DNA of 64,000 nucleotides from Calditrichia bacterium (GTDB lineage: Bacteria; Calditrichota; Calditrichia; RBG-13-44-9; J075), in assembly GCA_050633245.1 (NCBI GenBank), contig JBOEGD010000030.1, forward strand, positions 96,001 through 160,000, read 5' to 3'. A program made the position numbers and the translations under genes. Below, in pieces: positions 37,969 to 48,372 of this stretch; within the stretch, counting starts at the first letter, position 1; the number at the start of each line of letters is the position of its first letter. The notes under the pieces are model-generated. The model saw only the letters and a list, made by a program, of their open reading frames with translations. It was not told where the DNA came from and made no database searches.

Positions 37969-38304
37969 ATGAGAAGAGACGTTTTTCAAGCAATTGCCGA
38001 TCCGGTGCGACGTGAAATAATCACGCTACTGGCGGAAGAGACCCTTACGGTAAATGCCGTGGCCGAACAGTTCGATATCAGCCGACCGGCGATTTCCAAA
38101 CATCTGAAGATTCTGCAGGAATGCGGCATCGTGGCGATACATAAACAAGGGCGGGAACGCATTTGCATGATCCAGCCGCGTAACCTGATTCCGGCGTTTT
38201 TGTGGATAGAACAGTATCGGAGTTTATGGGAGGAGCGAATCGACTCCTTCGAAGAGTATGTTAATCAATTAAATGCTGAACAGCAGAAGAAGAAGGAGAA
38301 GTAA
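37969..38304 (+). CDS. ArsR/SmtB family regulator
   Basis: DVFQAIADPVRREI and SRPAISKHLKIL motifs. Confidence 0.92.
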   Translation: MRRDVFQAIADPVRREIITLLAEETLTVNAVAEQFDISRPAISKHLKILQECGIVAIHKQGRERICMIQPRNLIPAFLWIEQYRSLWEERIDSFEEYVNQLNAEQQKKKEK

Positions 38305-38305
38305 C

Positions 38306-38755
38306 ATGACAGATGCAGCCAATCGCACGTTAACAATTAAGAAAGTCCTGAATGCCCCAATCAAGTTGGTTTGGGATGCCTGGACGCAGCCAGAGCACAT
38401 CGCCCACTGGTGGGGGCCAGGCGGGATGAAAACCCGCATCGTGGATCATGACTTTCGCGTCGGCGGCAACTGGAAGTTCGCAATGGACACACCGGACGGC
38501 AAGGAGTTCATCTGCGAAGGTACCTATAGCGAAATCGACGCGCCAAACAAGATCGTCACCTCGGCAGACTTCAAGCCGATGACCGAAGGCGTAGAGCTAC
38601 AGGTGTTGCTGGAGGCCGATGGAGAGAAAACCAACTTCACTTTCAACGTGGTACACGCCACTGCCGAATACTGCAAGCAGCAGGAAGAAATGGGATTCTA
38701 CAACGGCTGGGGATCGGTGTTTGAAAACCTGGCAACCTACCTGGACAAGCAGTAG
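38306..38755 (+). CDS. SRPBCC (AHSA1-like) protein
   Basis: VWDAWTQPEHIAHWWGP, DFRVGGNW and GW motifs. Confidence 0.9.
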   Translation: MTDAANRTLTIKKVLNAPIKLVWDAWTQPEHIAHWWGPGGMKTRIVDHDFRVGGNWKFAMDTPDGKEFICEGTYSEIDAPNKIVTSADFKPMTEGVELQVLLEADGEKTNFTFNVVHATAEYCKQQEEMGFYNGWGSVFENLATYLDKQ

Positions 38756-39023
38756 AACTGGAGAGCGGGTGACAAAACGAATGGGCGCTCTCCCTGTCGG
38801 GATTGCTGATGGGGCGTCCCTTCGGGACTTATAGGTCGCTACTCTTATGGGGAACGACAAGATCGCGGGGTATTTTATTGCTCCCATGCCCTCGATTAGC
38901 GAACAAGGTGAGAGTCCATTCTATTTCTTCTCTTGTCTCTTTGTCTCTTTGTCTCCTTGTCGCTTGCCCTACCTTAATACCCATCCTATATTTTCATAAA
39001 CACAATGCGGGAATGACCATCCA

Positions 39024-39422
39024 GTGAACATGGAACTCATCACCAGACTATTCATCTATGCAGCTGCCATCGTCGGCATTGCATTTTGGGCCCCCTGGGG
39101 AGAAAACGGTGAGCACATTGAAATATTCCATTTCTACTACCTGATCCTGGCAGTAATCATCTGGGTAGTGAGCTATCGGCTTTTTGGCGGACGCTTTATT
39201 CGCCCGCAGTGGAAAAAAGCAGGAAAGTTCATTGCATATCTGATCGCGTCGTTTATTTTACTAGTCCTATTCGGACACTACGCTCTTATTTTCATTATAG
39301 GGCATCAAGCATTAGGCGGGTTGGGACATTACATGATCTGCAAGAAACACGACATCAATTTCTGGACATGTCAGCCTGAAGAAAGGTATCTGGAAGTAAC
39401 TAAAAAATGGGCAGGTCGATGA
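39024..39422 (+). CDS. Hypothetical membrane protein
   Basis: Three to four hydrophobic segments. Confidence 0.65.
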   Translation: MNMELITRLFIYAAAIVGIAFWAPWGENGEHIEIFHFYYLILAVIIWVVSYRLFGGRFIRPQWKKAGKFIAYLIASFILLVLFGHYALIFIIGHQALGGLGHYMICKKHDINFWTCQPEERYLEVTKKWAGR

Positions 39423-39507
39423 TCTAGCCCGAACGAAGTGAGCACCCCATAAGTCCCCAATCAGCGAAGCGCCCTAATCTGTAATGCTATAACAAGAAGA
39501 ACAACAC

Positions 39508-40755
39508 ATGACAATGACAAATGTTTGGACCAGAAAATCTCAGGACGAAATCAAGCAAGCCGTCTTTGCTGCTATTGAAAAAAACATCAATTACGATAAA
39601 CAAGGAGCACTCGGCGTACCAGCATCGTATCTGGATGACAAGGTGTTTAATCAGGATGCCTCTTTCTTAAAGGAAGCACCGTTCATGTATGCCCTTGTAA
39701 AAAATCCCAACCACATTGGGTGTCATACCTTAGGTAAATCCGAACCATTTTTTGAAGGCACACATGCGATAGAAAAAGAACTGATTGAAATATGCGCCGT
39801 CGATATTCTGAAAGGAGCGTTTGAAGAGCAGGATGGATACGTCGCATCAGGTGGAACGGAAGCAAATATTCAGGCAATCTGGATATACAGAAATTATTTT
39901 GTCGCAGAGCATTCTGCCAAGCCAAATGAAATTGCGATTGTTTGCAGTGAAGACAGCCATTACTCCATGGACAAAGCTGCCAATCTGTTGTCCATAGACA
40001 TCTATAAGGTTGCTGTCGATAAGAACACGAGAGAAATCAGTAAAGAGACCGTTGAGCAGGCTCTGGAAAAAGCAAAGAACGAAGGCAAAAAACATTTTGT
40101 TGTTATCTGCAATATGATGACAACCATGTTCGGCTCTGTGGACAATATTGAAATCTATACCGATTGTTTAGCCAGCATATCTTGCGAATTCAAAATTCAC
40201 GTAGATGGCGCCTATGGAGGATTTTATTATCCCTTTACACATGAAGAGAGTTTGCTAACATTTCAAAACAAGGCCATAACCTCTTTTACTCTGGACGCGC
40301 ATAAAATGGCGCAATCTCCCTATGGTACCGGAATATTTCTAATTCGAAAGGGGTTCATCCAATATGTAAATACTCAGGAGGCGAGCTATGTGGAGGGAGA
40401 AGATTTCACGCTGATCGGTAGCCGCTCTGGAGCAAATGCAATTGCTGTCTGGATGATTTTAGTTAAAAACGGCCCTTACGGATGGTATGAGAAAATTTAT
40501 ATTTTGCAAAAAAGATCAGAATGGTTGTGCAATCAATTGGAACAGCTCGGAGTTAAATACTATCGAAACCCAATGTCCAATATCATCACTATTGGTAAGC
40601 AATTTATCACTCATGATATCGCCGTTAAGTTTGGCCTGGTTCCAGATAATCATACAAAGCCAGAATGGTTCAAAGTCGTCATAATGGATCACGTGTCTAT
40701 CGAGAAGCTGGCCTTACTTATCGAAGAGATTAAAAAAGCCATGCACAGCAGCTAA
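39508..40755 (+). CDS. Group II PLP-dependent decarboxylase
   Basis: SGGTEAN, HYSMDK, HVDGAYGG and DAHK motifs. Confidence 0.88.
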   Translation: MTMTNVWTRKSQDEIKQAVFAAIEKNINYDKQGALGVPASYLDDKVFNQDASFLKEAPFMYALVKNPNHIGCHTLGKSEPFFEGTHAIEKELIEICAVDILKGAFEEQDGYVASGGTEANIQAIWIYRNYFVAEHSAKPNEIAIVCSEDSHYSMDKAANLLSIDIYKVAVDKNTREISKETVEQALEKAKNEGKKHFVVICNMMTTMFGSVDNIEIYTDCLASISCEFKIHVDGAYGGFYYPFTHEESLLTFQNKAITSFTLDAHKMAQSPYGTGIFLIRKGFIQYVNTQEASYVEGEDFTLIGSRSGANAIAVWMILVKNGPYGWYEKIYILQKRSEWLCNQLEQLGVKYYRNPMSNIITIGKQFITHDIAVKFGLVPDNHTKPEWFKVVIMDHVSIEKLALLIEEIKKAMHSS

Positions 40756-40821
40756 CGTTCAGCAAGAACCTATCATAACGAAAAGACCATAACGTCACAA
40801 ACATGCGGAACCGGAAACAAC

Positions 40822-41421
40822 ATGACAAAAAAGGAACAAGACAACTACTGGTCGAAACGCTATGAAGACAACAGTACTGGTTGGGATATCGGCTATGCAT
40901 CTACGCCGCTGGTAGAATACATCGACCAGTTAGAAGATAAAGACCTCAAGATACTCATCCCCGGAGCCGGGAACGCCTACGAAGCCGAGTATCTGTTTCA
41001 GCAAGGGTTTACAAACGTGTTCGTGCTGGATATTTCAGAGTTTCCATTAAAAGCGCTAAAAGAAAGGCTACCGGAGTTTCCTGAAACTCAATTAATACAT
41101 GGAGACTTTTTTGATCATGAAGGAGAGTATGATCTGATTCTCGAACAGACGTTCTTCTGCTCATTCGAACCATCGAGAGAGAATAGAACCAATTATGGCC
41201 GCAAAATGAATGAGTTGTTAAAACCAAACGGCAAGCTGGTTGGGCTTTGGTTTAATCATGCATTGTTCGATGGTGCTAAACGACCGTTCGGTGGTTCCAG
41301 GGAAGAATATCTCAGCTATTTGATGCCACATTTTGAGGTGAAATGCTTTGAAGACTGTCGCAATTCAATTAAGCCAAGAATGGGCAGTGAGTTCTTTGGC
41401 GTTTTTCAGAAAAGTGGCTAG
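40822..41421 (+). CDS. Thiopurine/halide S-methyltransferase-like protein
   Basis: WDIG, LIPGAGNAYE, GDFF and EQTFFC motifs. Confidence 0.85.
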   Translation: MTKKEQDNYWSKRYEDNSTGWDIGYASTPLVEYIDQLEDKDLKILIPGAGNAYEAEYLFQQGFTNVFVLDISEFPLKALKERLPEFPETQLIHGDFFDHEGEYDLILEQTFFCSFEPSRENRTNYGRKMNELLKPNGKLVGLWFNHALFDGAKRPFGGSREEYLSYLMPHFEVKCFEDCRNSIKPRMGSEFFGVFQKSG

Positions 41422-41451
41422 AGTTATTTAAAAGTTAAGGAATTGAAATAA

Positions 41452-42402
41452 ATGAAACCAATCCTCCTAACGGCACTATTGATGATCGGAATGGCATTAA
41501 ACATTCTCCAGGCAGAAACGCTTGCTGACAAGGTTCGATTTGCTTCCACTGAGCAGGCAAAAAAACTTCTGACTCAGGAAGACGAGTTTACAAAAAGCTG
41601 GAGTCCATTTGATATTGATTCCCGAATGCAAAAAAAGAATAGCACTCGGCAGGAGCTGTTCGACTTCATTGCTGAACAAGCCAGAAATTGGACGAATGAT
41701 GAAACTGAGAAGCTGCAGTCTATTTTTCAGAGCATCGATGAGCAAATTGCCGAGCAGGGCTTTGCCATTCCATTTCCAAACGAGATATTTTTTGTGAAAA
41801 CAACCACTAAGGAAGAAGGTGGTGCCGGTGGCTATACCCGCGCCAACTATGTGGTATTGAAGGAAGATATCCTCTCCAGACCAACGGAAGACCTGACGCG
41901 AACCGTCATTCACGAATTGTTTCACGTGTTATCGCGAAATAATCCGGAATTTAGAAAAGCGCTGTATGAGATTATCGGATTCAAGTTGATGAATAGCGTT
42001 GACTATCCAGATAGTCTGAGCACTTTCCGAATTACAAACCCCGATGCACCGCAAACAGATTCGTATATCACTCTGACGGTTAACGAAAAGCCGGTCGACT
42101 GTATGATGATTTTATATTCCAATCGCGAATATAATGGCGGTGCTTTTTTTGAGTACCTAAACATCGGCTTTCTACAGTTGACAGGAGACAGAAACAAGAC
42201 TGCTCTAATGGTTGGTGAAAAGCCGGTAATCTACACACTGAAGCAGGTGGCAAATTTTTTTGAGCAGATTGGCGGAAACACCAAATACATTATACATCCA
42301 GAAGAAATTATGGCAGACAACTTTACGCTTGCCATTCTAAATAGAATGGAATTGCCGGATCAGCACATCGTTGAGCAGATCAAAATGCAGCTTAAAAAAT
42401 AA
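41452..42402 (+). CDS. Secreted zincin-like metallopeptidase
   Basis: Signal peptide, HELFH and HPEEIMADNF motifs. Confidence 0.65.
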   Translation: MKPILLTALLMIGMALNILQAETLADKVRFASTEQAKKLLTQEDEFTKSWSPFDIDSRMQKKNSTRQELFDFIAEQARNWTNDETEKLQSIFQSIDEQIAEQGFAIPFPNEIFFVKTTTKEEGGAGGYTRANYVVLKEDILSRPTEDLTRTVIHELFHVLSRNNPEFRKALYEIIGFKLMNSVDYPDSLSTFRITNPDAPQTDSYITLTVNEKPVDCMMILYSNREYNGGAFFEYLNIGFLQLTGDRNKTALMVGEKPVIYTLKQVANFFEQIGGNTKYIIHPEEIMADNFTLAILNRMELPDQHIVEQIKMQLKK

Positions 42403-42451
42403 AGAAAATTGCAGGTCCGCATAATTCTGCGAGCCTGTAATTCCTTGAGAC

Positions 42452-42820
42452 ATGAATAAAGAATTCAATCTAGCCAGCGGAAAAACCTGTAAACTCCTCG
42501 AGATCAAGAAAGACATCATACCAAATTATTTTCTGCTATCATTTCCAAAAGATCAGGGAGAGCCTTCGCATTCCGAAGTAACGGAGATGCTCACCTATGG
42601 AATATTGCACGCGCAAAAGCTGGCGCAAGACCTCTTAAACGATCCAACTGCATTTACCATTCTCTACAGCGGCTATAGTGCGCGCCGTGAAAAAGGCTGG
42701 CATGTTCACATCGTATTACTCGGCAATCGCTGGAAAAAGACCTGGCTGTATCTAATATTATCGATGAAGAATCTACTGCAGGCCATCGGTTTAAGAAAAG
42801 ATGATGCGCCGCGTTTATAA
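42452..42820 (+). CDS. Hypothetical protein with HIT-like HxH motif
   Basis: GWHVHIVL. Confidence 0.5.
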   Translation: MNKEFNLASGKTCKLLEIKKDIIPNYFLLSFPKDQGEPSHSEVTEMLTYGILHAQKLAQDLLNDPTAFTILYSGYSARREKGWHVHIVLLGNRWKKTWLYLILSMKNLLQAIGLRKDDAPRL

Positions 42821-42880
42821 TTCTCTTATGATACCTCAATAGAACAATTTCTGTGTCAAAAAGGTGAAAGGTAAAAGTAG

Positions 42881-43564
42881 ATGGGAACCTGGAATACAAG
42901 AATAAAGGGTAATGATACCACTCTCGATATTTATTCCAGATTTTTTGACCTCTACAACGAGGGAATGGCTCCTGTAGAGGTTTGTGCAAAAGTTTGGAGT
43001 GAATTTGAGAAAGATTTCAGCGATTATGAAGATCGCTATAACTTACTATTCGGGTTTGCACTTGCTCAATGGGAAACCAATTGTCTTGAGGAACAAGTCT
43101 TTGCAGAAGTAAAAAACGTTATAGAGCAGGGACTGGATCTGAAATTATGGGCAGACTTGGGTGCAGATAAAAAAACTATAAAAAGAAGAGATAACGTCTT
43201 AAAAAGGTTTTTAATCCAATTGTCTACTCAAAGGTCAAAAGCCAAAAGGCGTGTAAAGTCAAAGTTCAACTTCTCAACCAATGCCCTGGCTGAAGCAATC
43301 GCGCCCGACGCGCAAAAATCGTTTAAAATACAGGAAGAGTTTGTCAATAATAAATATGTACATACATCCGGAATATTAATGTGGTTCTCCGGGGGCGGAG
43401 CAGGAGTCTTCTACTATGACGCAATGGGAAGGAAAGTATCTGCTAGATGGGTAGATAGCCAAAATCTTGAGATTAGAATTGAAAAGGGTGTCGAGTTTTC
43501 GAAGCAAGAAACAAGAACATATTATTGTGGAGACGATGTGATTATTTCCTATAAGTGGTTTTAG
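42881..43564 (+). CDS. Hypothetical protein
   Basis: 227-aa AT-rich ORF starting MGTWNTRIKGND. Confidence 0.6.
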   Translation: MGTWNTRIKGNDTTLDIYSRFFDLYNEGMAPVEVCAKVWSEFEKDFSDYEDRYNLLFGFALAQWETNCLEEQVFAEVKNVIEQGLDLKLWADLGADKKTIKRRDNVLKRFLIQLSTQRSKAKRRVKSKFNFSTNALAEAIAPDAQKSFKIQEEFVNNKYVHTSGILMWFSGGGAGVFYYDAMGRKVSARWVDSQNLEIRIEKGVEFSKQETRTYYCGDDVIISYKWF

Positions 43565-43668
43565 GCAATCAAATGATTGCCCGTCACCCGATCACCTTGT
43601 CGACCCTTCACCCGCTCTCCCCAGCAGCGAAGTACCCAGAATCTCACAATCAAAAAAAATTAAAACCA

Positions 43669-43684
43669 TTACCCCTAGAGGTAA
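43669..43684. promoter_or_regulatory. Putative TA operator
   Basis: TTACC-N6-GGTAA inverted repeat about 20 nt upstream of the toxin gene. Confidence 0.5.
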
Positions 43685-43703
43685 ATCATTTCATACATTA
43701 AGT

Positions 43704-44036
43704 ATGCGGTTATCATTTAAAACAAGAAAGTTGGAGCGATCGCTCACCAATGATAAGGAAACGCTCAAAAGCTACGGAACGCGTGCAAAAAAAATAAAAC
43801 AACGCATAAGCCAACTTAAAGCAGCACCACAATTGTCGGTTATTGCAACACTACCAGCATTGCGGCTGCATCAATATATCGGCAAGAGAAAAGGAACCTG
43901 GTCTATCGATATACATGAAAACTGGCGAATCTGTTTTCAAATAGATCATGATCCGGTACCAACATTGGAAGATGGAGGAGTTGACTTAGATGAGGTTACC
44001 GCAATTAGAATTTCAACTATAGAAGACCCTCACTAA
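43704..44036 (+). CDS. higB: HigB/RelE-like toxin
   Basis: LHQYIGKRKGTWSIDIHENWRICF; toxin-first arrangement. Confidence 0.85.
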   Translation: MRLSFKTRKLERSLTNDKETLKSYGTRAKKIKQRISQLKAAPQLSVIATLPALRLHQYIGKRKGTWSIDIHENWRICFQIDHDPVPTLEDGGVDLDEVTAIRISTIEDPH

Positions 44037-44053
44037 TTTAGATAGGCAATATT

Positions 44054-45157
44054 ATGACTGATTTAATGGCAAAAAAGAAACTACTATCCTGTCCCGGTGA
44101 TACCGTTCAGGAAACAATCGATGAAATCGGTATGTCACAGGCGGAACTGGCGGAACGCCTGGGACGCTCTATACCAAAACTTAATGAGTTAATTAAAGGC
44201 AAGGCGCCCATAACCAAGGAAACCGCTACAAAACTGGAATATGTTTTGGGCATTCCCACCCACTTTTGGCTTAATCTGGAAAGACAATATCAGGATGAGC
44301 TCCTTGAAATTGAGCAAATGGAATATCTGGAGCAGTGTACAAACTGGGTCAGAACGTTTCCACTGTCGCAGCTCAAAAAGATGGGCATTCTACCTGAGAC
44401 AAACAGCAAGCCGGAATTGGCCGAAAGTCTGCTAAAGTTTTTCCGCGTGGCTACGCCGAATCAATGGTCAACAATTTACGAGGGCAGTTCGCTGGCATTT
44501 AAAATCGAGCTGCGACACACGGCTGAGCCGCAGGCCATTTCAGTGTGGTTACGCATCGGAGAATTACAGGCAGACCAAATAAGCGTTAACTTGTTCGACA
44601 AAACCGCGCTCAGAAAGAATCTGGACGAATTTAAAGCAATCTCGTATCAGCCTTCGAATAACTGGCTGGATGACCTACAACGGGTATGCGCAGAATGTGG
44701 AGTCGCATTGGTTTTTACCCCCTGCATCGCAAAGGCACCAATTTACGGCGCCACTCGCTGGATAAAGAACAGTTCCATCCCGCTTATTCAAATAACAGAT
44801 CGAAAAAAAGACTATCATGCCTTTTGGTTTAGCTTTTACCACGAACTGGCGCATATTTTATTACATGGAAAAAAAGATATCTTTATCGACGGTTTGCAGA
44901 GCATTGAACAGGACAAAGAAAAAGAGAAAGAGGCAGATGACTTTGCCGCTCGTATGCTTTTATCTGCGGCTGAACGAAAGGAACTCTTTCAGAATTCCGA
45001 TTACGATGCGGCAAAAATTGATCAACTTAGCAAAAAATTCAACAAACATCCCTCTATTCTGGTTGGCCAAATTCAGCGAGTAAATAAAGAATTGTACAAA
45101 GACATTCGTTTAAATCGCTTAAAAACCAAAGTACGGTTTAAGGATCTGTCGTTTTAA
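44054..45157 (+). CDS. higA: HigA antitoxin (XRE HTH) fused to ImmA/IrrE metallopeptidase domain
   Basis: PG...MSQAELAERLG...FWLNLE; HELAHILLH and EKEADDFA motifs. Confidence 0.88.
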   Translation: MTDLMAKKKLLSCPGDTVQETIDEIGMSQAELAERLGRSIPKLNELIKGKAPITKETATKLEYVLGIPTHFWLNLERQYQDELLEIEQMEYLEQCTNWVRTFPLSQLKKMGILPETNSKPELAESLLKFFRVATPNQWSTIYEGSSLAFKIELRHTAEPQAISVWLRIGELQADQISVNLFDKTALRKNLDEFKAISYQPSNNWLDDLQRVCAECGVALVFTPCIAKAPIYGATRWIKNSSIPLIQITDRKKDYHAFWFSFYHELAHILLHGKKDIFIDGLQSIEQDKEKEKEADDFAARMLLSAAERKELFQNSDYDAAKIDQLSKKFNKHPSILVGQIQRVNKELYKDIRLNRLKTKVRFKDLSF

Positions 45158-45305
45158 CTTACCACTACTAACGTTATTCCTTTTTCACTCCTCTCACAAA
45201 CCAACCTCAATCTATAGAAGTTACAAAGGGACGCACGATACTGCCTTTCCGTTGTCAGCAAGATCTCTTATATTCTGGCGGATAACAAAACACAACGGAC
45301 TGCGC

Positions 45306-46805
45306 ATGAATACAACTACAAAAGAATCAAAAACCGGGCTGGCTCGACACATTGGTCTGCTCGGACTCACCGCAACCGGCATCTGCTCGATGATGGGCGC
45401 CGCCATCAACTTCATACCATTTAACATTCAGCGCAACATAGAAGGAATTGGCGCCGACGTGCTGCCAGCCTACATGGTTGCCATGATACCGGCATTTCTG
45501 GCGGCGCTCGCCTACGCAGTTCTGGCATCCGCAATGCCGCGAGCCGGAGGCAGTTATGTATACGCCAGCCGCGCGATTAATCCATACTTTGGTTTTGTCG
45601 CCAGTTTTTCGCAGTGGTTCGGCCTGTCTATTGCCATCGGCGTGGTCTCATATGTCATCGTTCCGTTTATGCGGGATGCCGCCCTTGCCGTTGAAGCAAC
45701 CAACCTGGCTGCATGGTTTGAAAGTGGGCCAATTCGCTTATCCATTTCGCTTGGGTTTCTCTGGTTGTTTGTTTGGATAAATATTCGCGGCGTTCAGCTC
45801 TATGAAAAAACGCTGATCCCACTGATGTTTATCATGTTCGCGCTTGGGGCGATAGTCATTTTCGCAGGCTTCTCCTTCAATCATTCCGATTTCGCAACCG
45901 CACTGATGGAAAAAGAGGGTCGTGCCATTCCCGACGCCAGTGGAACGGGTAGTTTTAACTTGATGTATTTCCTCGCTGCTTCAGCCGTTTTGTTTTCCAG
46001 CTTTATCGGGTTCGACTCGATTGCTCAGGCCGGTGGCGAGGCTAAAAATCCCAACCGCAATCTACCAATCGCGATTGGACTCACCATCGCTATTGTGGGA
46101 ATATTCTATATGTTTTTTACCGCTGCCGTGTACAACGCCATTCCCTGGCAATTCATCGCTGCGGAAGCTGCGGTAAAAGATATTTCCGCACCCGGCCTGC
46201 TGGGATACCTGCTTTCACCAACGTTAACCATGCTCATTCTTACCGGTGCGGTCATCGCATTGATAAATGATCTTCCTGCGATGCTTTTAGCTACCTCACG
46301 GCTGATGTTTGCCTGGGCCGAAGATGGCATCTTTCCATCCGCTGCAGCCAAAGTGCATCCAAAACTGCATACCCCGCACATCGCTATCATACTCAGTGCA
46401 GTCATGTCTTCAATCGGGATTTTAGGTTGTCATTTTGCCGGAGATTTCTTTCTGGGGGTCGATCTACTGTTAATATCAATGCTTTTTAATTTTCTGGTGA
46501 TGTGCCTTTCGGTTTTAATGTTGCCAATACGCAATCCGGAAATTGCCAAGAACATATCGATTTTTAAATCACCGATGCTACGGAATTCATTGGCGGGATT
46601 TGGTGCATTAATGTTGACCGGTCTCCTGATCATACATATTTCCAAAGATCTAGATGCCAATGTAGATGCCTGGTATTTTCATTCTACCTGGACATGGCTG
46701 GTAGTCATTCTCGGAGCCAGCGCGATTTATTTTTACAAAATGAGCGGTCTGCGCAAAAGCGGCGTAAACGTCGATGAACTATTCAAACAGCTACCACCGG
46801 AGTAA
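45306..46805 (+). CDS. APC family amino acid permease
   Basis: MPRAGGSY and FIGFD...GEAKNP motifs; about 12 TM helices. Confidence 0.9.
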   Translation: MNTTTKESKTGLARHIGLLGLTATGICSMMGAAINFIPFNIQRNIEGIGADVLPAYMVAMIPAFLAALAYAVLASAMPRAGGSYVYASRAINPYFGFVASFSQWFGLSIAIGVVSYVIVPFMRDAALAVEATNLAAWFESGPIRLSISLGFLWLFVWINIRGVQLYEKTLIPLMFIMFALGAIVIFAGFSFNHSDFATALMEKEGRAIPDASGTGSFNLMYFLAASAVLFSSFIGFDSIAQAGGEAKNPNRNLPIAIGLTIAIVGIFYMFFTAAVYNAIPWQFIAAEAAVKDISAPGLLGYLLSPTLTMLILTGAVIALINDLPAMLLATSRLMFAWAEDGIFPSAAAKVHPKLHTPHIAIILSAVMSSIGILGCHFAGDFFLGVDLLLISMLFNFLVMCLSVLMLPIRNPEIAKNISIFKSPMLRNSLAGFGALMLTGLLIIHISKDLDANVDAWYFHSTWTWLVVILGASAIYFYKMSGLRKSGVNVDELFKQLPPE

Positions 46806-46808
46806 CCT

Positions 46809-48266
46809 TTGAAAGACATAACCGTAGAACGCTGCGAATTAGCACCGGGGCTTTCGATCTCCCGGATTCTTACCGGACTTTGGCAAATTGCCGACATGGA
46901 ACGCGATGGCAGCGAGATAAATCCCGACACCGCCGCCGAGTTTATGACGCCCTATACTCAGGCCGGACTTACCACTTTCGACATGGCCGATCACTACGGC
47001 TCATCAGAAATCATTACCGGACGTTATCAGAAAAAGTATGGCAAAGACTCCGTTCAGCTTTTCACCAAATGGGTACCGAAACCGGAAAACACGACCAAAC
47101 AGGATGTGCGGGATGCTATTCAGCTTTCTCTCGATCGCATGCAAAGCGATCAATTGGACCTGCTACAGTTTCACGCCTGGAATTATGCTAACCCAGACTG
47201 GCTGGATTGTCTTTATTGGCTACAGGAGTTAAAAGAAGAAGGCTTAATTCGCCATCTTGGTCTTACCAATTTTGATACCGCCCACTTGCGCATCGTTTTA
47301 ACCAGCGGCATCGATGTAGTTACCAATCAAGTCTGCTTTTCACTAATCGACCGACGCCCGGAACGAGCGATGACTGCGCTTTGCGAAGAGTTTAACGTGA
47401 AACTATTGTGCTACGGCACCGTGGCCGGTGGATTTCTATCCGATCGCTGGCTGAATAATCCCGAACCGGATTGGGATAATCTGACTACCTGGTCTCAGAT
47501 GAAATATGGTCGCTTTATTGCAGCAGCCGGTGGCTGGAAACCACTGCAGACAGTTCTGTCCGCCGCCGATACGATTGCCAAAAAACACAGCGTCTCTGTT
47601 TCCAATGTCGCCTGTCGCTATATTCTCGATCAACCGGGAGTCGGAGGCGTTATTATTGGAGCGCGATTAGGCATCAGCGAGCGCATTGCCGATAATCTGA
47701 AATTGTTCACTTTTCAAATGGATGCCGGCGATCGTGAACTTTTAGCCAACGCACTTGCAGAGCTTCAAACCATTCCCGGAGACAGCGGAGACGAGTATCG
47801 TAAGCCACCATTTCTCACGGCTTCAGGAGATCTGAGCCATCACCTCGAAAAGATTCCGGCGCCATATGAAGCGATTGAAAAGAACGGTCGACAGCATGTT
47901 TTAAGCGGCACCTACTGGGAAGAAATGGCCGGGTTTTGTCGCGCTGTTAAAAACGGCAATCGCATTGCGGTTTCTGGAACGACAGCCACTCATGGCAAGC
48001 GCGCAATCGGTGGTAATGATGTTGCTGCACAAACGCATTTTATTATCGATAAGATTGAAGGTGCGTTGCAATCTTTTGGAAGCAGCTTGCAAGATGTCGT
48101 GCGAACACGTATTTTTGTGCGCGACATTGCTGACTGGGAAGCCGCCGCTCGCGCTCATGGCGAACGCTTTGCAGATATCCAGCCGGCCAACACATTGGTC
48201 GAAGCCAAACTGGTCGGCGAGGAATACCTCGTCGAGATCGAGGCCGAAGCAATAGCAAGATCGTAA
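46809..48266 (+). CDS. Aldo/keto reductase fused to a RidA-family domain
   Basis: GLWQ, FDMADHYG and DLLQFH (AKR); VSGTTA, DVVRTR and LVEIEAEA (RidA). Confidence 0.88.
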   Translation: MKDITVERCELAPGLSISRILTGLWQIADMERDGSEINPDTAAEFMTPYTQAGLTTFDMADHYGSSEIITGRYQKKYGKDSVQLFTKWVPKPENTTKQDVRDAIQLSLDRMQSDQLDLLQFHAWNYANPDWLDCLYWLQELKEEGLIRHLGLTNFDTAHLRIVLTSGIDVVTNQVCFSLIDRRPERAMTALCEEFNVKLLCYGTVAGGFLSDRWLNNPEPDWDNLTTWSQMKYGRFIAAAGGWKPLQTVLSAADTIAKKHSVSVSNVACRYILDQPGVGGVIIGARLGISERIADNLKLFTFQMDAGDRELLANALAELQTIPGDSGDEYRKPPFLTASGDLSHHLEKIPAPYEAIEKNGRQHVLSGTYWEEMAGFCRAVKNGNRIAVSGTTATHGKRAIGGNDVAAQTHFIIDKIEGALQSFGSSLQDVVRTRIFVRDIADWEAAARAHGERFADIQPANTLVEAKLVGEEYLVEIEAEAIARS

Positions 48267-48331
48267 CGTGGGTTATAACCCACGCAACAACGCAGCTCAA
48301 CGATGGGCGTAACGTGGGTTATAACCCACGC
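48262..48331. repeat. Two direct copies of a 24-nt REP-like palindrome
   Basis: CGTAACGTGGGTTATAACCCACGC at 48262 and 48308, separated by 22 nt. Confidence 0.85.
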
Positions 48332-48372
48332 TTGTCACAACTCATGCAGGCACACCACGCTTGGTACCAATC

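Noticed and set aside
48262-48331. Mini CRISPR array
   Set aside because: Only two repeats with a 22-nt spacer, a REP-like perfect palindrome and no cas genes.
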